Assembly (NCBI GenBank): GCA_021463485.1
Contig: JAJTYJ010000003.1
Span: forward strand, 23,292 to 87,291
Source: a bacterium
GTDB taxonomy: Bacteria > Patescibacteriota > UBA1384 > 2-12-FULL-50-11
Reading direction: 5' to 3'
Length of the DNA stretch: 64,000 nt
This document shows, in pieces, positions 18,083-26,140 of this stretch. Numbering within the stretch: position 1 is the first letter of the stretch; each line of letters starts with the position of its first letter. The translations under genes were made by a program, and so were the position numbers. The notes beneath the pieces are model-generated. The model was not told the DNA's origin and searched no databases. It saw nothing but the letters and a program-made list of their open reading frames with translations.

Positions 18083-18381
18083 AAATCGCTCGTATCGTCC
18101 TCGGTTGAAGCCAGACTTTCGTCGATCTCAGCCAACTCTTGGTCTAGTTCGTTACCCAGCGCTGTTAGGTCTGTTTCAGACTGACTAATATCTGTATTAA
18201 TATCGCTTTCGGTTGTCGATTGCTCGGTTGAGACACCGTCGTTAGAGCTGTCGGTACTACCGTCTCGATAATACATAAAGGCAACAGCAGCAAAAATCGC
18301 ACCAACTACTAACAAACCCAGAAGCCAAAAAACAAGTTTACTCATTGGCTTTTCTTCCTGAAGTACCGGCTCAGTGTCCAT
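18079..18381 (-). CDS. Small single-TM protein with highly acidic Ser/Thr/Asp/Glu-rich C-terminal tail
   Basis: TM LVFWLLGLLVVGAIFAAVAFMYY followed by acidic low-complexity tail; 4-bp overlap (ATGA) with downstream gene. Confidence 0.45.
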   Translation of the reverse strand: MDTEPVLQEEKPMSKLVFWLLGLLVVGAIFAAVAFMYYRDGSTDSSNDGVSTEQSTTESDINTDISQSETDLTALGNELDQELAEIDESLASTEDDTSDL

Positions 18382-18418
18382 ACGTTCATGGTACTGAGCC
18401 GGTGGGCACTGTCAAGTG

Positions 18419-18778
18419 TTACTGGATTTTCTCGAGTTTCCAGCTAATTGTGTCGGTAGATTTCGTCTGGTAGTCGGCTGCGCCAACCTGAGCCAGCTCG
18501 CCGTTGACGTAAAATGCCCAAAATTCATCACTACCGGCTTTCCGGCCGTTGATCGACAGAACCATCTGGCCAAAGTCGAATTTCTGTGTCTCAATTTCGT
18601 AACTAGCGTCAAGTAGCTCTAACGCATTTTTGCCGTCAACGCCCTTGTAGCTAATTTCTGTGGTCTGTTCTTGACCAACCGGAGTTGCGGTATCGCTTGA
18701 TCTTGGAATCACCAAGTACAAACCAAATGCTAATATAATCGCCATCGCGGCGTAGAGTAGTGTTCGTTGTTGTTTCAT
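18419..18778 (-). CDS. DUF4430-like (transcobalamin-like fold) small secreted protein
   Basis: N-terminal TM/signal, C-terminal FWAFYVNGELAQVGAADY resembling DUF4430 W.YYVNG motif; RBS GGAG 4 nt before ATG. Confidence 0.5.
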   Translation of the reverse strand: MKQQRTLLYAAMAIILAFGLYLVIPRSSDTATPVGQEQTTEISYKGVDGKNALELLDASYEIETQKFDFGQMVLSINGRKAGSDEFWAFYVNGELAQVGAADYQTKSTDTISWKLEKIQ

Positions 18779-18840
18779 CGAACTCCTTTCAAATAAAATC
18801 CCTCGCGAGCAGTAACGAGGGTTACTATGTTCTGCTCGGA
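18779..18840 (-). promoter_or_regulatory. Leader with intrinsic-terminator-like hairpin (18800-18821, then U-run) immediately upstream of the RBS of the DUF4430 gene, plus an overlapping alternative hairpin (18806-18838): attenuator/riboswitch-like
   Basis: Minus-strand RNA ...CGAGCAGAACAUAGUAACCCUCGUUACUGCUCGCGAGGGAUUUUAUUUGAAAGGAGUUCAUG; two mutually exclusive stems seen in sequence. Confidence 0.4.
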
Positions 18841-19003
18841 ACTTTGAGTGAAGTTTTGTTAGGATCGGGCTTTAACCGTTGCGGCACAGCAGCCAAATTT
18901 CATGGCTTTCACTAACAAGACTTTTATAGTCAAAGAACTTCTCTAGGTATACTGTTCGACCTCCTACCTGTCAAGCAGGCATTTTTACGGGTAAAATACT
19001 CAT

Positions 19004-20077
19004 ATGAGTCTTGAGATAGGTATTGTTGGGTTACCAAACGTTGGAAAGTCCTCATTATTTAACGCACTAACTAAAGCCGGCGCCCAAGCTTCAAACTTTC
19101 CGTTTACAACAATCGAACCGAACGTTGGGATCGTTGAAGTTCCTGATGAGCGATTAGATTTTTTAGTCGAAACGTTCTTATCGGCAAAGCGCGTTCCAGC
19201 AACGATAAAATTTGTTGATATTGCCGGACTTGTGAAGGGTGCCTCAAAGGGTGAAGGTCTCGGTAATCAATTTTTAAGTAATATCCGAACCTGCGACGCT
19301 ATTGCCGAAGTCGTACGGTGCTTTGAAGATCCGCAAATTATTCACGTTGCTGGCAAGGTGGATCCGGACGACGATATCACAACTATTAACACCGAATTAC
19401 TGCTTTCCGATATCGAGCAAGCTGAAAAGGCTAAAAGATCTCTTGAGGAACGAGCGAAAAGACAAGATAAGGAGGCGCAAAAACTATTGCACCAAATAGA
19501 AAAAGCAATAGCGCTCCTAACAGCCGAACGTCCATTGCGAGTAGAGCCCGAGCTATGCCAAGAGTTAGTCTCTTATAACTTTCTAACAGCTAAACCACTA
19601 CTCTATATCGCAAACGTCGGTGAGAACGCGGAGCAAGATCGGGTGCAAAAAGTTCGTCAACACGCCGACAAAGAAAGCGCAAAACTAGTTGTAATCTCAG
19701 TTAAAAGCGAATTAGAAATTATTGAAATGTCGCCTGAAGAGCAAGAAGAGTTTAGGCGAGAATTGGGTTTAACTTCAGGATTAAACGAAGTAATTAAAGC
19801 CGGGTACGCGTTACTAAATCTTGAAACCTTCTTTACCGCCGGTCCGAAAGAGGCTCACGCGTGGACTATTACCAAAGGTATGAAAGCGCCGCAGGCAGCG
19901 GGTAAAATTCATACTGATTTTGAGAAGGGGTTTATTCGAGCGCAAGTATATAACGTGACGGATTTACAAGAACTAAAATCAGAAGCGGCTATCAAACAGG
20001 CTGGCAAGCTCCGGAGCGAAGGCAAGGAATACACCGTCAAGGATGGTGATGTAATAGAATTTCTCTTCAACGTTTAA
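19004..20077 (+). CDS. ychF: Ribosome-binding ATPase YchF (Obg-family GTPase)
   Basis: G1 GIVGLPNVGKSSLFNALT, NFPFTTIEPNVG, C-terminal TGS domain. Confidence 0.9.
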   Translation: MSLEIGIVGLPNVGKSSLFNALTKAGAQASNFPFTTIEPNVGIVEVPDERLDFLVETFLSAKRVPATIKFVDIAGLVKGASKGEGLGNQFLSNIRTCDAIAEVVRCFEDPQIIHVAGKVDPDDDITTINTELLLSDIEQAEKAKRSLEERAKRQDKEAQKLLHQIEKAIALLTAERPLRVEPELCQELVSYNFLTAKPLLYIANVGENAEQDRVQKVRQHADKESAKLVVISVKSELEIIEMSPEEQEEFRRELGLTSGLNEVIKAGYALLNLETFFTAGPKEAHAWTITKGMKAPQAAGKIHTDFEKGFIRAQVYNVTDLQELKSEAAIKQAGKLRSEGKEYTVKDGDVIEFLFNV

Positions 20078-20742
20078 AACTGCAGTAAGTCGTGATGGTC
20101 GGTCAACCAACGTTCCGCTTTCTTGTATTGAGGGTAGTAAGAGTTAACTAGTTCCCAAAATTTTTTAGAGTGATTCATCTGCGATAAATGTGCTAGCTCG
20201 TGGTATATGACGTAGTCCGAGACCCAGTCTGGCGTGAGGATAAGTCGCCAGTTAAGCGAGATTGTTTTGCGGCTTGAGCACGAACCCCAACGAGTACGCT
20301 GTGAACGAATTGTTACGTTTAACACGTCGTGGTTAATTACGTCGCAAAGTAGTAGTACTCGTTCGGAGAAGTATTTCTTTGCTGTTTTTACGTACCACTT
20401 TTCAAGGATCTTACGGACCGTTTCGTGTTCCTCACTCCCAGCCGTTACCACAATCTGGTTGCTGACAATTTTAACGGTTGGCGAGACGCTGTTGGTTATT
20501 TGCAATTTAAATTGATACTCGCGACCGCGGACTAACAGGGTTTTTGGTTGGGTGATTAGCGCTTCGCGCCGGCTCTGAATTAGTGAGAGCTTCTCCGCAA
20601 TCCAAGATTCGTGCTCAGTAAGAAAGTTATCGATCGTCCGCTGCGGAGTGAACGGGTGACAAGTTAGGACCACTTCACCTTTTGGCAGAACTCGCAGTCG
20701 CAGATGACGAGCGGTCCGGATTCGCTTAATCTTAACTTCCAT
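20074..20742 (-). CDS. YgjP-like metal-dependent hydrolase (DUF45 / M48-like, HExxH)
   Basis: C-terminal zinc motif VIYHELAHLSQMNHSKKFW characteristic of YgjP/DUF45. Confidence 0.7.
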   Translation of the reverse strand: MEVKIKRIRTARHLRLRVLPKGEVVLTCHPFTPQRTIDNFLTEHESWIAEKLSLIQSRREALITQPKTLLVRGREYQFKLQITNSVSPTVKIVSNQIVVTAGSEEHETVRKILEKWYVKTAKKYFSERVLLLCDVINHDVLNVTIRSQRTRWGSCSSRKTISLNWRLILTPDWVSDYVIYHELAHLSQMNHSKKFWELVNSYYPQYKKAERWLTDHHDLLQF

Positions 20743-20747
20743 TGGCC

Positions 20748-20781
20748 AACAATAACAAAAACGTCAGCATCTGCCGACGTT
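20748..20781 (-). terminator. Rho-independent terminator (minus strand) between tRNA-Asp region and ygjP-like gene
   Basis: Minus-strand AACGUC-GGCAGAUGCUG-GACGUU followed by UUUUGUUAUUGUU. Confidence 0.65.
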
Positions 20782-20795
20782 CCTTTGCGCAGTGG

Positions 20796-20880
20796 ACGGG
20801 AAAGTTCGCTGCGCTCACTTGCGCTCCGCCTATCGGCGGATCGCGGTTGCACCCGGCGCGGGTTCAACTCTCCGTCCACA
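20796..20880 (-). repeat. tRNA-Asp 3'-fragment repeats: 17-bp direct copy of tRNA-Asp 3' end (20796-20812 = 20912-20928) plus an inverted degenerate copy of its T-arm/acceptor 3' half (20852-20880); the enclosed ~80 nt can fold as a multi-hairpin structure
   Basis: ttgcgcagtggacggga occurs twice in the same orientation; ggcgcgggttcaactctccgtccac on + strand resembles the minus-strand tRNA 3' half GGTCGCGGGTTCAAGTCCCGTCCAC. Confidence 0.6.
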
Positions 20881-20915
20881 AAAAAATACCCGATAAATAT
20901 CGAGTATCTTACTTG

Positions 20916-20989
20916 CGCAGTGGACGGGACTTGAACCCGCGACCCCCGCCGTGACAGGGCGGTGCTCTAACCAACTGAGCTACCACTGC
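20916..20989 (-). tRNA. tRNA-Asp (anticodon GTC)
   Basis: Minus strand GCAGTGGTAGCTCAGTTGGTTAGAGCACCGCCCTGTCACGGCGGGGGTCGCGGGTTCAAGTCCCGTCCACTGCG; anticodon loop CTGTCAC. Confidence 0.85.
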
Positions 20990-21043
20990 AAAGTCGCAAT
21001 GCTCATTATACTCGAGCCGGTATCAATTCTTCAAGAAGCCAGA

Positions 21044-22090
21044 CTAAATTGGGACGTAGATCTTAATTTTATAGTTTGGCTTAATGCTCGCGTACCACTC
21101 CTCATAAGTTTGGTAGTTATTACCGGTCTTCTCCGTAACTTGGATAATGTGATAACCAAATTTGCTCTGAACAGGACCCAATATTTTATTCACTTCGCCG
21201 TTAAACGCCGCTTCCTCGAAGCCAGGTGCGATCTGGGCGCTGAGCTCGCCCTTTGTCCAGTAACCTAAGTCGCCGCCGGCTTCTTTTGTTTGTGCGTCTT
21301 GGCTAAATTCGCGAGCAGCAGTTTCGAAGACTTTTCCGCCTTCAATTTGTTTCTTGGCCTCATTTGCCGCACTTTCTGTGGCCGTCAGAATATGTCTGAC
21401 TTTTACACGAGTTAGAACACTAGCCTTAACCTTTTCTTTCAAGATTCGTTCGGCGAGCACTTGCTTAAACTCGCCCGGCTTCATGCCGTAGAGTTCGTGT
21501 ATTCGTTTCTCGAAATTTTCCGTTGTTTTTTTCTGCTGCTCGTACGATTTGTCGAGCTCTTCTTGTGAAACGCTAACACCTCGATTTTGAGCCTCGAGAA
21601 AAACAATCTTATCTTCGACTAGCCCGGCGATAATCTTCTCTCTAAGCTGCGCGTCGGTTGGGATAGCGCTAGCGACGTCTTTTGAGGCCTGAGATTGGAA
21701 GGTGATTAGAAAACGAAGTCTTTGTAAAAAATGGTGGCTCCAGATATACGATTGATTCACTCGTACGGCCGGCATCGGGTAGAGCAAGCTAATCGTCTCG
21801 CTAAACGCACTCTCAGATTTCTTTTGGTAGATATTGTAGTAACCTGCGGCGCCGAAGATTAAGTAAATCGACAAGATAAATATTGCGATATCAATAAAAA
21901 TTGTTGATGGGTTATGTACGTGGCGCTGAACTAGCGCCTCGAGAAACGGCAGACGCAATCTCAACCATACGAATACTTTTTCGTATAGTACGTAAATGGC
22001 ACGACCGACTCTTTTTAGAATCAATAAAGCGCTCTGAAGAAACTCAGATATTTTCTTTAGAATGGGGTTAATTGCGGAAAGTTTGCCCAT
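21044..22090 (-). CDS. Membrane-anchored parvulin-type peptidyl-prolyl cis-trans isomerase (PrsA/SurA-like)
   Basis: Parvulin domain VRHILTATESAANEAKKQIEGG...EAGGDLGYWTKGELSAQIAPGFEEAAFN...GYHIIQV; N-terminal TM. Confidence 0.75.
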   Translation of the reverse strand: MGKLSAINPILKKISEFLQSALLILKRVGRAIYVLYEKVFVWLRLRLPFLEALVQRHVHNPSTIFIDIAIFILSIYLIFGAAGYYNIYQKKSESAFSETISLLYPMPAVRVNQSYIWSHHFLQRLRFLITFQSQASKDVASAIPTDAQLREKIIAGLVEDKIVFLEAQNRGVSVSQEELDKSYEQQKKTTENFEKRIHELYGMKPGEFKQVLAERILKEKVKASVLTRVKVRHILTATESAANEAKKQIEGGKVFETAAREFSQDAQTKEAGGDLGYWTKGELSAQIAPGFEEAAFNGEVNKILGPVQSKFGYHIIQVTEKTGNNYQTYEEWYASIKPNYKIKIYVPI

Positions 22091-22632
22091 ATAATACTAC
22101 CTACTACTACCATAACAGTTACCGCCACAAACAAAAAATGTCGAACAAGCTGGAACGAGCCCTGGCTGTCGCGTAGCTCGATCAGCCGCCAGAATAAGTA
22201 GAAGCAGATACCGCTTAAGAGCGCTCGGTTAAAGAAGGAGATCGGCCAGTGGCTAAATATGGTGTTAACCTGAGAAAGTCCTAAACCAAGTAGTAACCAA
22301 AAAGTAATTGGTGTTCTTGCGTTATCGTCAGTTTCCTCGATAACTCTGCCGATAAGCACTGCCGCCAAGATTAAAACCGCGTTACCGATTACTCCGTTAA
22401 TAGATTCGTCGAGCAGCCAATAGTTGACGCTCACAAGTACCAGAAACATTGTTGAGAGTCCGGCGATACGCCCCTGTTTTAGCAGGATGTTGATAGTCGA
22501 AAAAACAAACAGTAGTACATAAGCGATCTGAGAAGTTGTGGTTGGTAAAAATCGCCAAGTAATTACAGTGCCGAGTACCAATATCGCCCAAAATACCGCT
22601 AGATGCGGACGCAAGAATCTCAAAGAATTCAT
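22057..22632 (-). CDS. Polytopic membrane protein, hypothetical
   Basis: 191 aa with >=5 hydrophobic helices; overlaps downstream PPIase gene by 34 bp. Confidence 0.45.
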   Translation of the reverse strand: MNSLRFLRPHLAVFWAILVLGTVITWRFLPTTTSQIAYVLLFVFSTINILLKQGRIAGLSTMFLVLVSVNYWLLDESINGVIGNAVLILAAVLIGRVIEETDDNARTPITFWLLLGLGLSQVNTIFSHWPISFFNRALLSGICFYLFWRLIELRDSQGSFQLVRHFLFVAVTVMVVVGSIIWANFPQLTPF

Positions 22633-22633
22633 A

Positions 22634-24001
22634 CTACTTTACTTGGTAGCTGCTACCGACAGTTATTACAATATCTGCTTGTATCTCGGTAGCTGGTGCT
22701 TTCGAGGTACTAGTAATAGCAAAGCGTTTTTTGAGCAGGCTCATTGTGTACGGATCGTTCTTGCTCTCACTTAACGCCGATTTTACTTGGGCGTTTGGCG
22801 AGGCGGTGCTGCCTACAACGGTATAACCGAGCCTCGTTAGGCTATCGACAATCTTTTTCGTATTGGTCTCTTTGCCGGTTGCGTTAATTACGTAGACCTT
22901 CGCCGCTTCCTTGATGATGTACGGCTCTGGGAATACAGTCTGAACGAATTCCTTAACTTCGCTGAAGTCGTCTGCGCCCTTTTTAGGAATAATAATGTAA
23001 GCGCCGCCGCCGTTGGTACTAGATTTGAGCGGGCTATCAACGCTGGCGTCCAACACTTTAGTTGTGATTTTTTTGCTATCAACCGTTTTTATTAACGAGT
23101 AAAGCTTGGTGATTTCTTCAACTGTCATATCGGTTCGTAAGTTTGAGCCAACGATACTGATCATCGTTGTTAGTTTTTTCGGATTAGAAATAATATCGAT
23201 AACGCCAAGCTTATCTTTAATCGCTAACATCACCTGCTGTTGTCGGCGTGATCGGTCGAAGTCGTTTGTAGTCTGTCGGCTTCGAGCGTACTTCAGGGCG
23301 GTATCGCCGTTCATTCGTTGCATCCCAGCCGGAATATAGAGCGGTTCATATCCAGTGTTGGTTTTATTGGGAAACTTCGGATCGCTAAGCGGTTTGTCGA
23401 CGTATACTTGTATACCGCCAACAGCGTCTACTAGTTTCTTAAGACCCTCGAAATTGATTCGCGCGAAATAGTGGACATCGATTCCTAATGTGTTTTCAAG
23501 AACGTCTTTCAACGCTTCTGCTCCGTAGTCGATTTCCGGATCACACGTACTGGTTTTCTTTGTGCACCTCTTTTGAGACTGGTTATATACTCCGTTGATT
23601 CTAGTTTTACCGAGTTTCGGCGCTGTAACGTATAAATCGCGGGGGACTGAGAGCATCGAAAGCGACGAGTTAATTGGGTCGATTGAGATAATTTGGATCG
23701 TGTCGCTTAAACCTGCGGCGTTGTCGACGCCAAGCGCTAGAATATTAATTCGGCCATCACCCTCGTTGGCTAGCTGGTCTGGAGTAGTGTTGCCGCCAAA
23801 TTTAAAAAACGACGGCTTATCGTCGGTGTTTTTTGCTGAGATATTGTTGAGCGCAATAATACCTGTCGCCCCGATCCAACCGACAACTCCGAGCACCAAA
23901 ATGAACAGCGTCCACAAAAATACTCGCAATTTTTTATTGCGCGGTTTGACGATTCGATTAATAGTTTCTGGTCCTGATGAAAATTTTCGTCGAAATAGCA
24001 T
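22634..24001 (-). CDS. LCP (LytR-CpsA-Psr) family cell-envelope glycopolymer transferase with N-terminal TM and C-terminal LytR_C-like region
   Basis: LCP core RINILALGVDNAAGLSDTIQIISIDPINSSLSMLSVPRDLYV ... GAEALKDVLENTLGIDVHYFARINFEGLKKLVDAVGGIQV. Confidence 0.8.
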   Translation of the reverse strand: MLFRRKFSSGPETINRIVKPRNKKLRVFLWTLFILVLGVVGWIGATGIIALNNISAKNTDDKPSFFKFGGNTTPDQLANEGDGRINILALGVDNAAGLSDTIQIISIDPINSSLSMLSVPRDLYVTAPKLGKTRINGVYNQSQKRCTKKTSTCDPEIDYGAEALKDVLENTLGIDVHYFARINFEGLKKLVDAVGGIQVYVDKPLSDPKFPNKTNTGYEPLYIPAGMQRMNGDTALKYARSRQTTNDFDRSRRQQQVMLAIKDKLGVIDIISNPKKLTTMISIVGSNLRTDMTVEEITKLYSLIKTVDSKKITTKVLDASVDSPLKSSTNGGGAYIIIPKKGADDFSEVKEFVQTVFPEPYIIKEAAKVYVINATGKETNTKKIVDSLTRLGYTVVGSTASPNAQVKSALSESKNDPYTMSLLKKRFAITSTSKAPATEIQADIVITVGSSYQVK

Positions 24002-24045
24002 TAGACTTAGGTTAATTTACCACACTTTACGATTAGATATAAGGT

Positions 24046-24426
24046 TCAATTTGCGTGCAGTGTTTTAGTAATCTCAAATTTTTTCCCGTTTTTTATTTCC
24101 TGTGAAAGTGAAGATAGTTCGCCAGCTGCGGTGAATAACGGCACGTTAATCACCCAAGCTAGAGTATTTGCAACGGCGATACCGATACGCTGACCTGTTA
24201 GTGAGCCGTCGCGGCAAATCACGCCAATAGCGGTTACCGAACTGAGATTGCTCGATGCTTCTTTGAAAATTTCTTCAAGTAATACTAATAATTCTTGAGC
24301 TCGTTGTTGCTCAGTCTTACAAATTACCGTGTTCGCTGTAACCAGCGCGGCGCTCGTTGATTGAGGGTCGTTAGTGTCGAGCAGTAGAATTCGTGGGAAA
24401 TCGGAGATGTCGTACTTGTTGGCCAT
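24046..24426 (-). CDS. tsaB: tRNA threonylcarbamoyladenosine biosynthesis protein TsaB-like (YeaZ, N-terminal domain only, 126 aa)
   Basis: ILLLDTNDPQSTSAALV...TAIGVICRDGSLTGQRIGIAVANTLAWVINVPL matches YeaZ N-lobe; overlaps tsaE 3' end. Confidence 0.65.
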   Translation of the reverse strand: MANKYDISDFPRILLLDTNDPQSTSAALVTANTVICKTEQQRAQELLVLLEEIFKEASSNLSSVTAIGVICRDGSLTGQRIGIAVANTLAWVINVPLFTAAGELSSLSQEIKNGKKFEITKTLHAN

Positions 24427-24817
24427 GTATGTCGATTGTAGCTTCTTTGGTATCTTTCGGCAGTAACTCTTGAACCCGGTCCGGCCACTCTATAATCACT
24501 AGCTTATCTTTTTGGTTAAGATACTCCGACCAGTCGAATTTTTTAACTTCAGTGGTATTGAGTCGATATAAGTCTAGGTGGATGACCTCGGTGATTTTCT
24601 TGTAATCGACGCGGTAGCGTCGTTCTAGAACGAACGTCGGGCTACTGACACGCCCGGTGTAACCCATCTTTTCTAGAATGGCCCGAGTTAGCGTTGTTTT
24701 TCCGGCTGCGAGTTGCCCTTTAAGCGCTAAAATGTCACCGGCTTTCAGTTCTTTTAACAGCTTTGCGGCGACGGAAGAAATTTTACTTTCTGTAAATTCG
24801 ATATCCAGCATAGACAT
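24371..24817 (-). CDS. tsaE: tRNA t6A37 biosynthesis ATPase TsaE (YjeE)
   Basis: Walker A GQLAAGKTTLTRAIL and HLDLYRL motif; probable start at Met9 of track ORF. Confidence 0.75.
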   Translation of the reverse strand: MSMLDIEFTESKISSVAAKLLKELKAGDILALKGQLAAGKTTLTRAILEKMGYTGRVSSPTFVLERRYRVDYKKITEVIHLDLYRLNTTEVKKFDWSEYLNQKDKLVIIEWPDRVQELLPKDTKEATIDIHGQQVRHLRFPTNSTARH

Positions 24818-24858
24818 ATATTTTACTTTGGAATCGCACACAAAAAAATACCCCGTGG

Positions 24859-25458
24859 TTAGACGGGGACGTTGAGGGCGTCGCAGAACTGCTGGTATTG
24901 AAACTCCTTCGAACCTGATTCGATGAAATTAACTGGCCAGCCGCCACGTTGGAGAGTTAGAGCTTCGTCGTTCCAGTTACTACTGGTTTCGACGCGGCGT
25001 TGGGCGACCTCCGGCGAATCGCCGCGATCGATCATCCGATTGTACAGCTCGTAATCGTCGGGCGAGAGTAAGAAGAAATAGTGCTGACGATCTTGCGGCA
25101 ATACTCTCCAAGCGATCGGAACAGTGTCGGGTGTGACAACGATCAGACTATACTCGTACTGAAGTAGCGCCGTATGAAATTGGGCAAAAACGTTTCCGTA
25201 GTGATAACCGTGTGCCTCGACGCACCACGTAACCTCACCTGTTTCGCGCAATTCTGAGAGCTGCTCTTCGGTTAGATATTCGTACTCTCTCGAATCGTCG
25301 TCGACGCGCGGCGCTCGGGTAGTGAAGCTTCGGATCATTCCGGCGTACGGTTGATGCTCCTTGATAAAACGACGTACTAACGTGGTCTTGCCGCTGCCAG
25401 GCCTGCCGATAATGCCAAACATACTGTGAGCGAAAGGAACGTCCCAAAACTGAGTCAT
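24859..25458 (-). CDS. gmk: Guanylate kinase-like nucleoside monophosphate kinase
   Basis: P-loop GRPGSGKTTL and SFTTRAPRVDDDSREYEYL (TTRxPRxGE.DGxxYxF) motif. Confidence 0.65.
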   Translation of the reverse strand: MTQFWDVPFAHSMFGIIGRPGSGKTTLVRRFIKEHQPYAGMIRSFTTRAPRVDDDSREYEYLTEEQLSELRETGEVTWCVEAHGYHYGNVFAQFHTALLQYEYSLIVVTPDTVPIAWRVLPQDRQHYFFLLSPDDYELYNRMIDRGDSPEVAQRRVETSSNWNDEALTLQRGGWPVNFIESGSKEFQYQQFCDALNVPV

Positions 25459-25546
25459 CTTTTCACCTATCTATGTACAAATCGCTTCCGGGCTTGGAAT
25501 ATCCCATTTAGGCAATCCAAACCCGATAGCGCGACCGATGGTCTCG

Positions 25547-25617
25547 CTCCCGGGCTTGGATTCGAACCAAGATACCTGCCTCCAAAGGGCAGTGTCCTAC
25601 CGTTAGACGACCCGGGA
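25547..25617 (-). tRNA. tRNA-Gln (anticodon TTG)
   Basis: Minus strand TCCCGGGTCGTCTAACGGTAGGACACTGCCCTTTGGAGGCAGGTATCTTGGTTCGAATCCAAGCCCGGGAG; loop CTTTGGA. Confidence 0.8.
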
Positions 25618-25673
25618 ATACTCGCTAATTATATCTGCAAATTGGCAAAATGTCAGGTAGAAAATAGCGGCCC

Positions 25674-25991
25674 TTAGGCCGCTGGGTCTTCGTCTATCCA
25701 TTCGATTTCTACCGGAATTGGTAAAAATTGATCAGTGGCGGTAATGACGAAAGCGATCTCGATTTGGCCGATAGTATGTTTGTAGCGCTTATTGCCCTTT
25801 GATGCAGTTCGCAATTCTGTCATCTCAACGACGCCGCAAACAAATCGTGAAGCGCTATCGTGCACGATAACTTCAACCTTCCCCTCACCCTTATCACGGA
25901 TTGTCTTGCGCTGTTGGGGGTTTAGGATCGACGCCGCTTCCTTCAAAAGCCATTCGTTTGGTGATGTCCATTTCCGCTTTAATGTACGCAT
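25674..25991 (-). CDS. Small hypothetical protein (~105 aa from internal Met; track ORF extends into RNase P RNA and is probably over-extended)
   Basis: ORF MRTLKRKWTSPNEW...; hairpin gcggcccttaggccgc overlaps its stop. Confidence 0.4.
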   Translation of the reverse strand: MRTLKRKWTSPNEWLLKEAASILNPQQRKTIRDKGEGKVEVIVHDSASRFVCGVVEMTELRTASKGNKRYKHTIGQIEIAFVITATDQFLPIPVEIEWIDEDPAA

Positions 25992-26140
25992 CGCAGCCTC
26001 CTGCTTTTTGTAAAAATACACAAAAGCGCTTCCTTGCGGAAGCGCTTCGTGGAAGCCGGTAAGCCGGGTTCTGTTTATACGACCATCTCTCTGATGCGTT
26101 GAGACCATTCGTAACTGCGAGACCGCAGTGGAGCTCGGTG

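Noticed and set aside
18969-18997. Possibility that the 225-bp intergenic region 18779-19003 encodes an SRP RNA or 6S RNA
   Set aside because: I could not find the SRP domain IV consensus (GGAAGCAGCCA-like) or a 6S-type bubble. An attenuator leader for the minus-strand gene fits better.
20664-20954. Small ORFs overlapping the tRNA-Asp gene, its fragments and terminator (20664-20879 -, 20704-20934 +, 20742-20954 +)
   Set aside because: They overlap a tRNA and structured non-coding repeats and have no RBS. Treated as non-coding.
25426-25677. Plus-strand 83-aa ORF covering tRNA-Gln
   Set aside because: It overlaps a clear tRNA on the opposite strand, so it is spurious.
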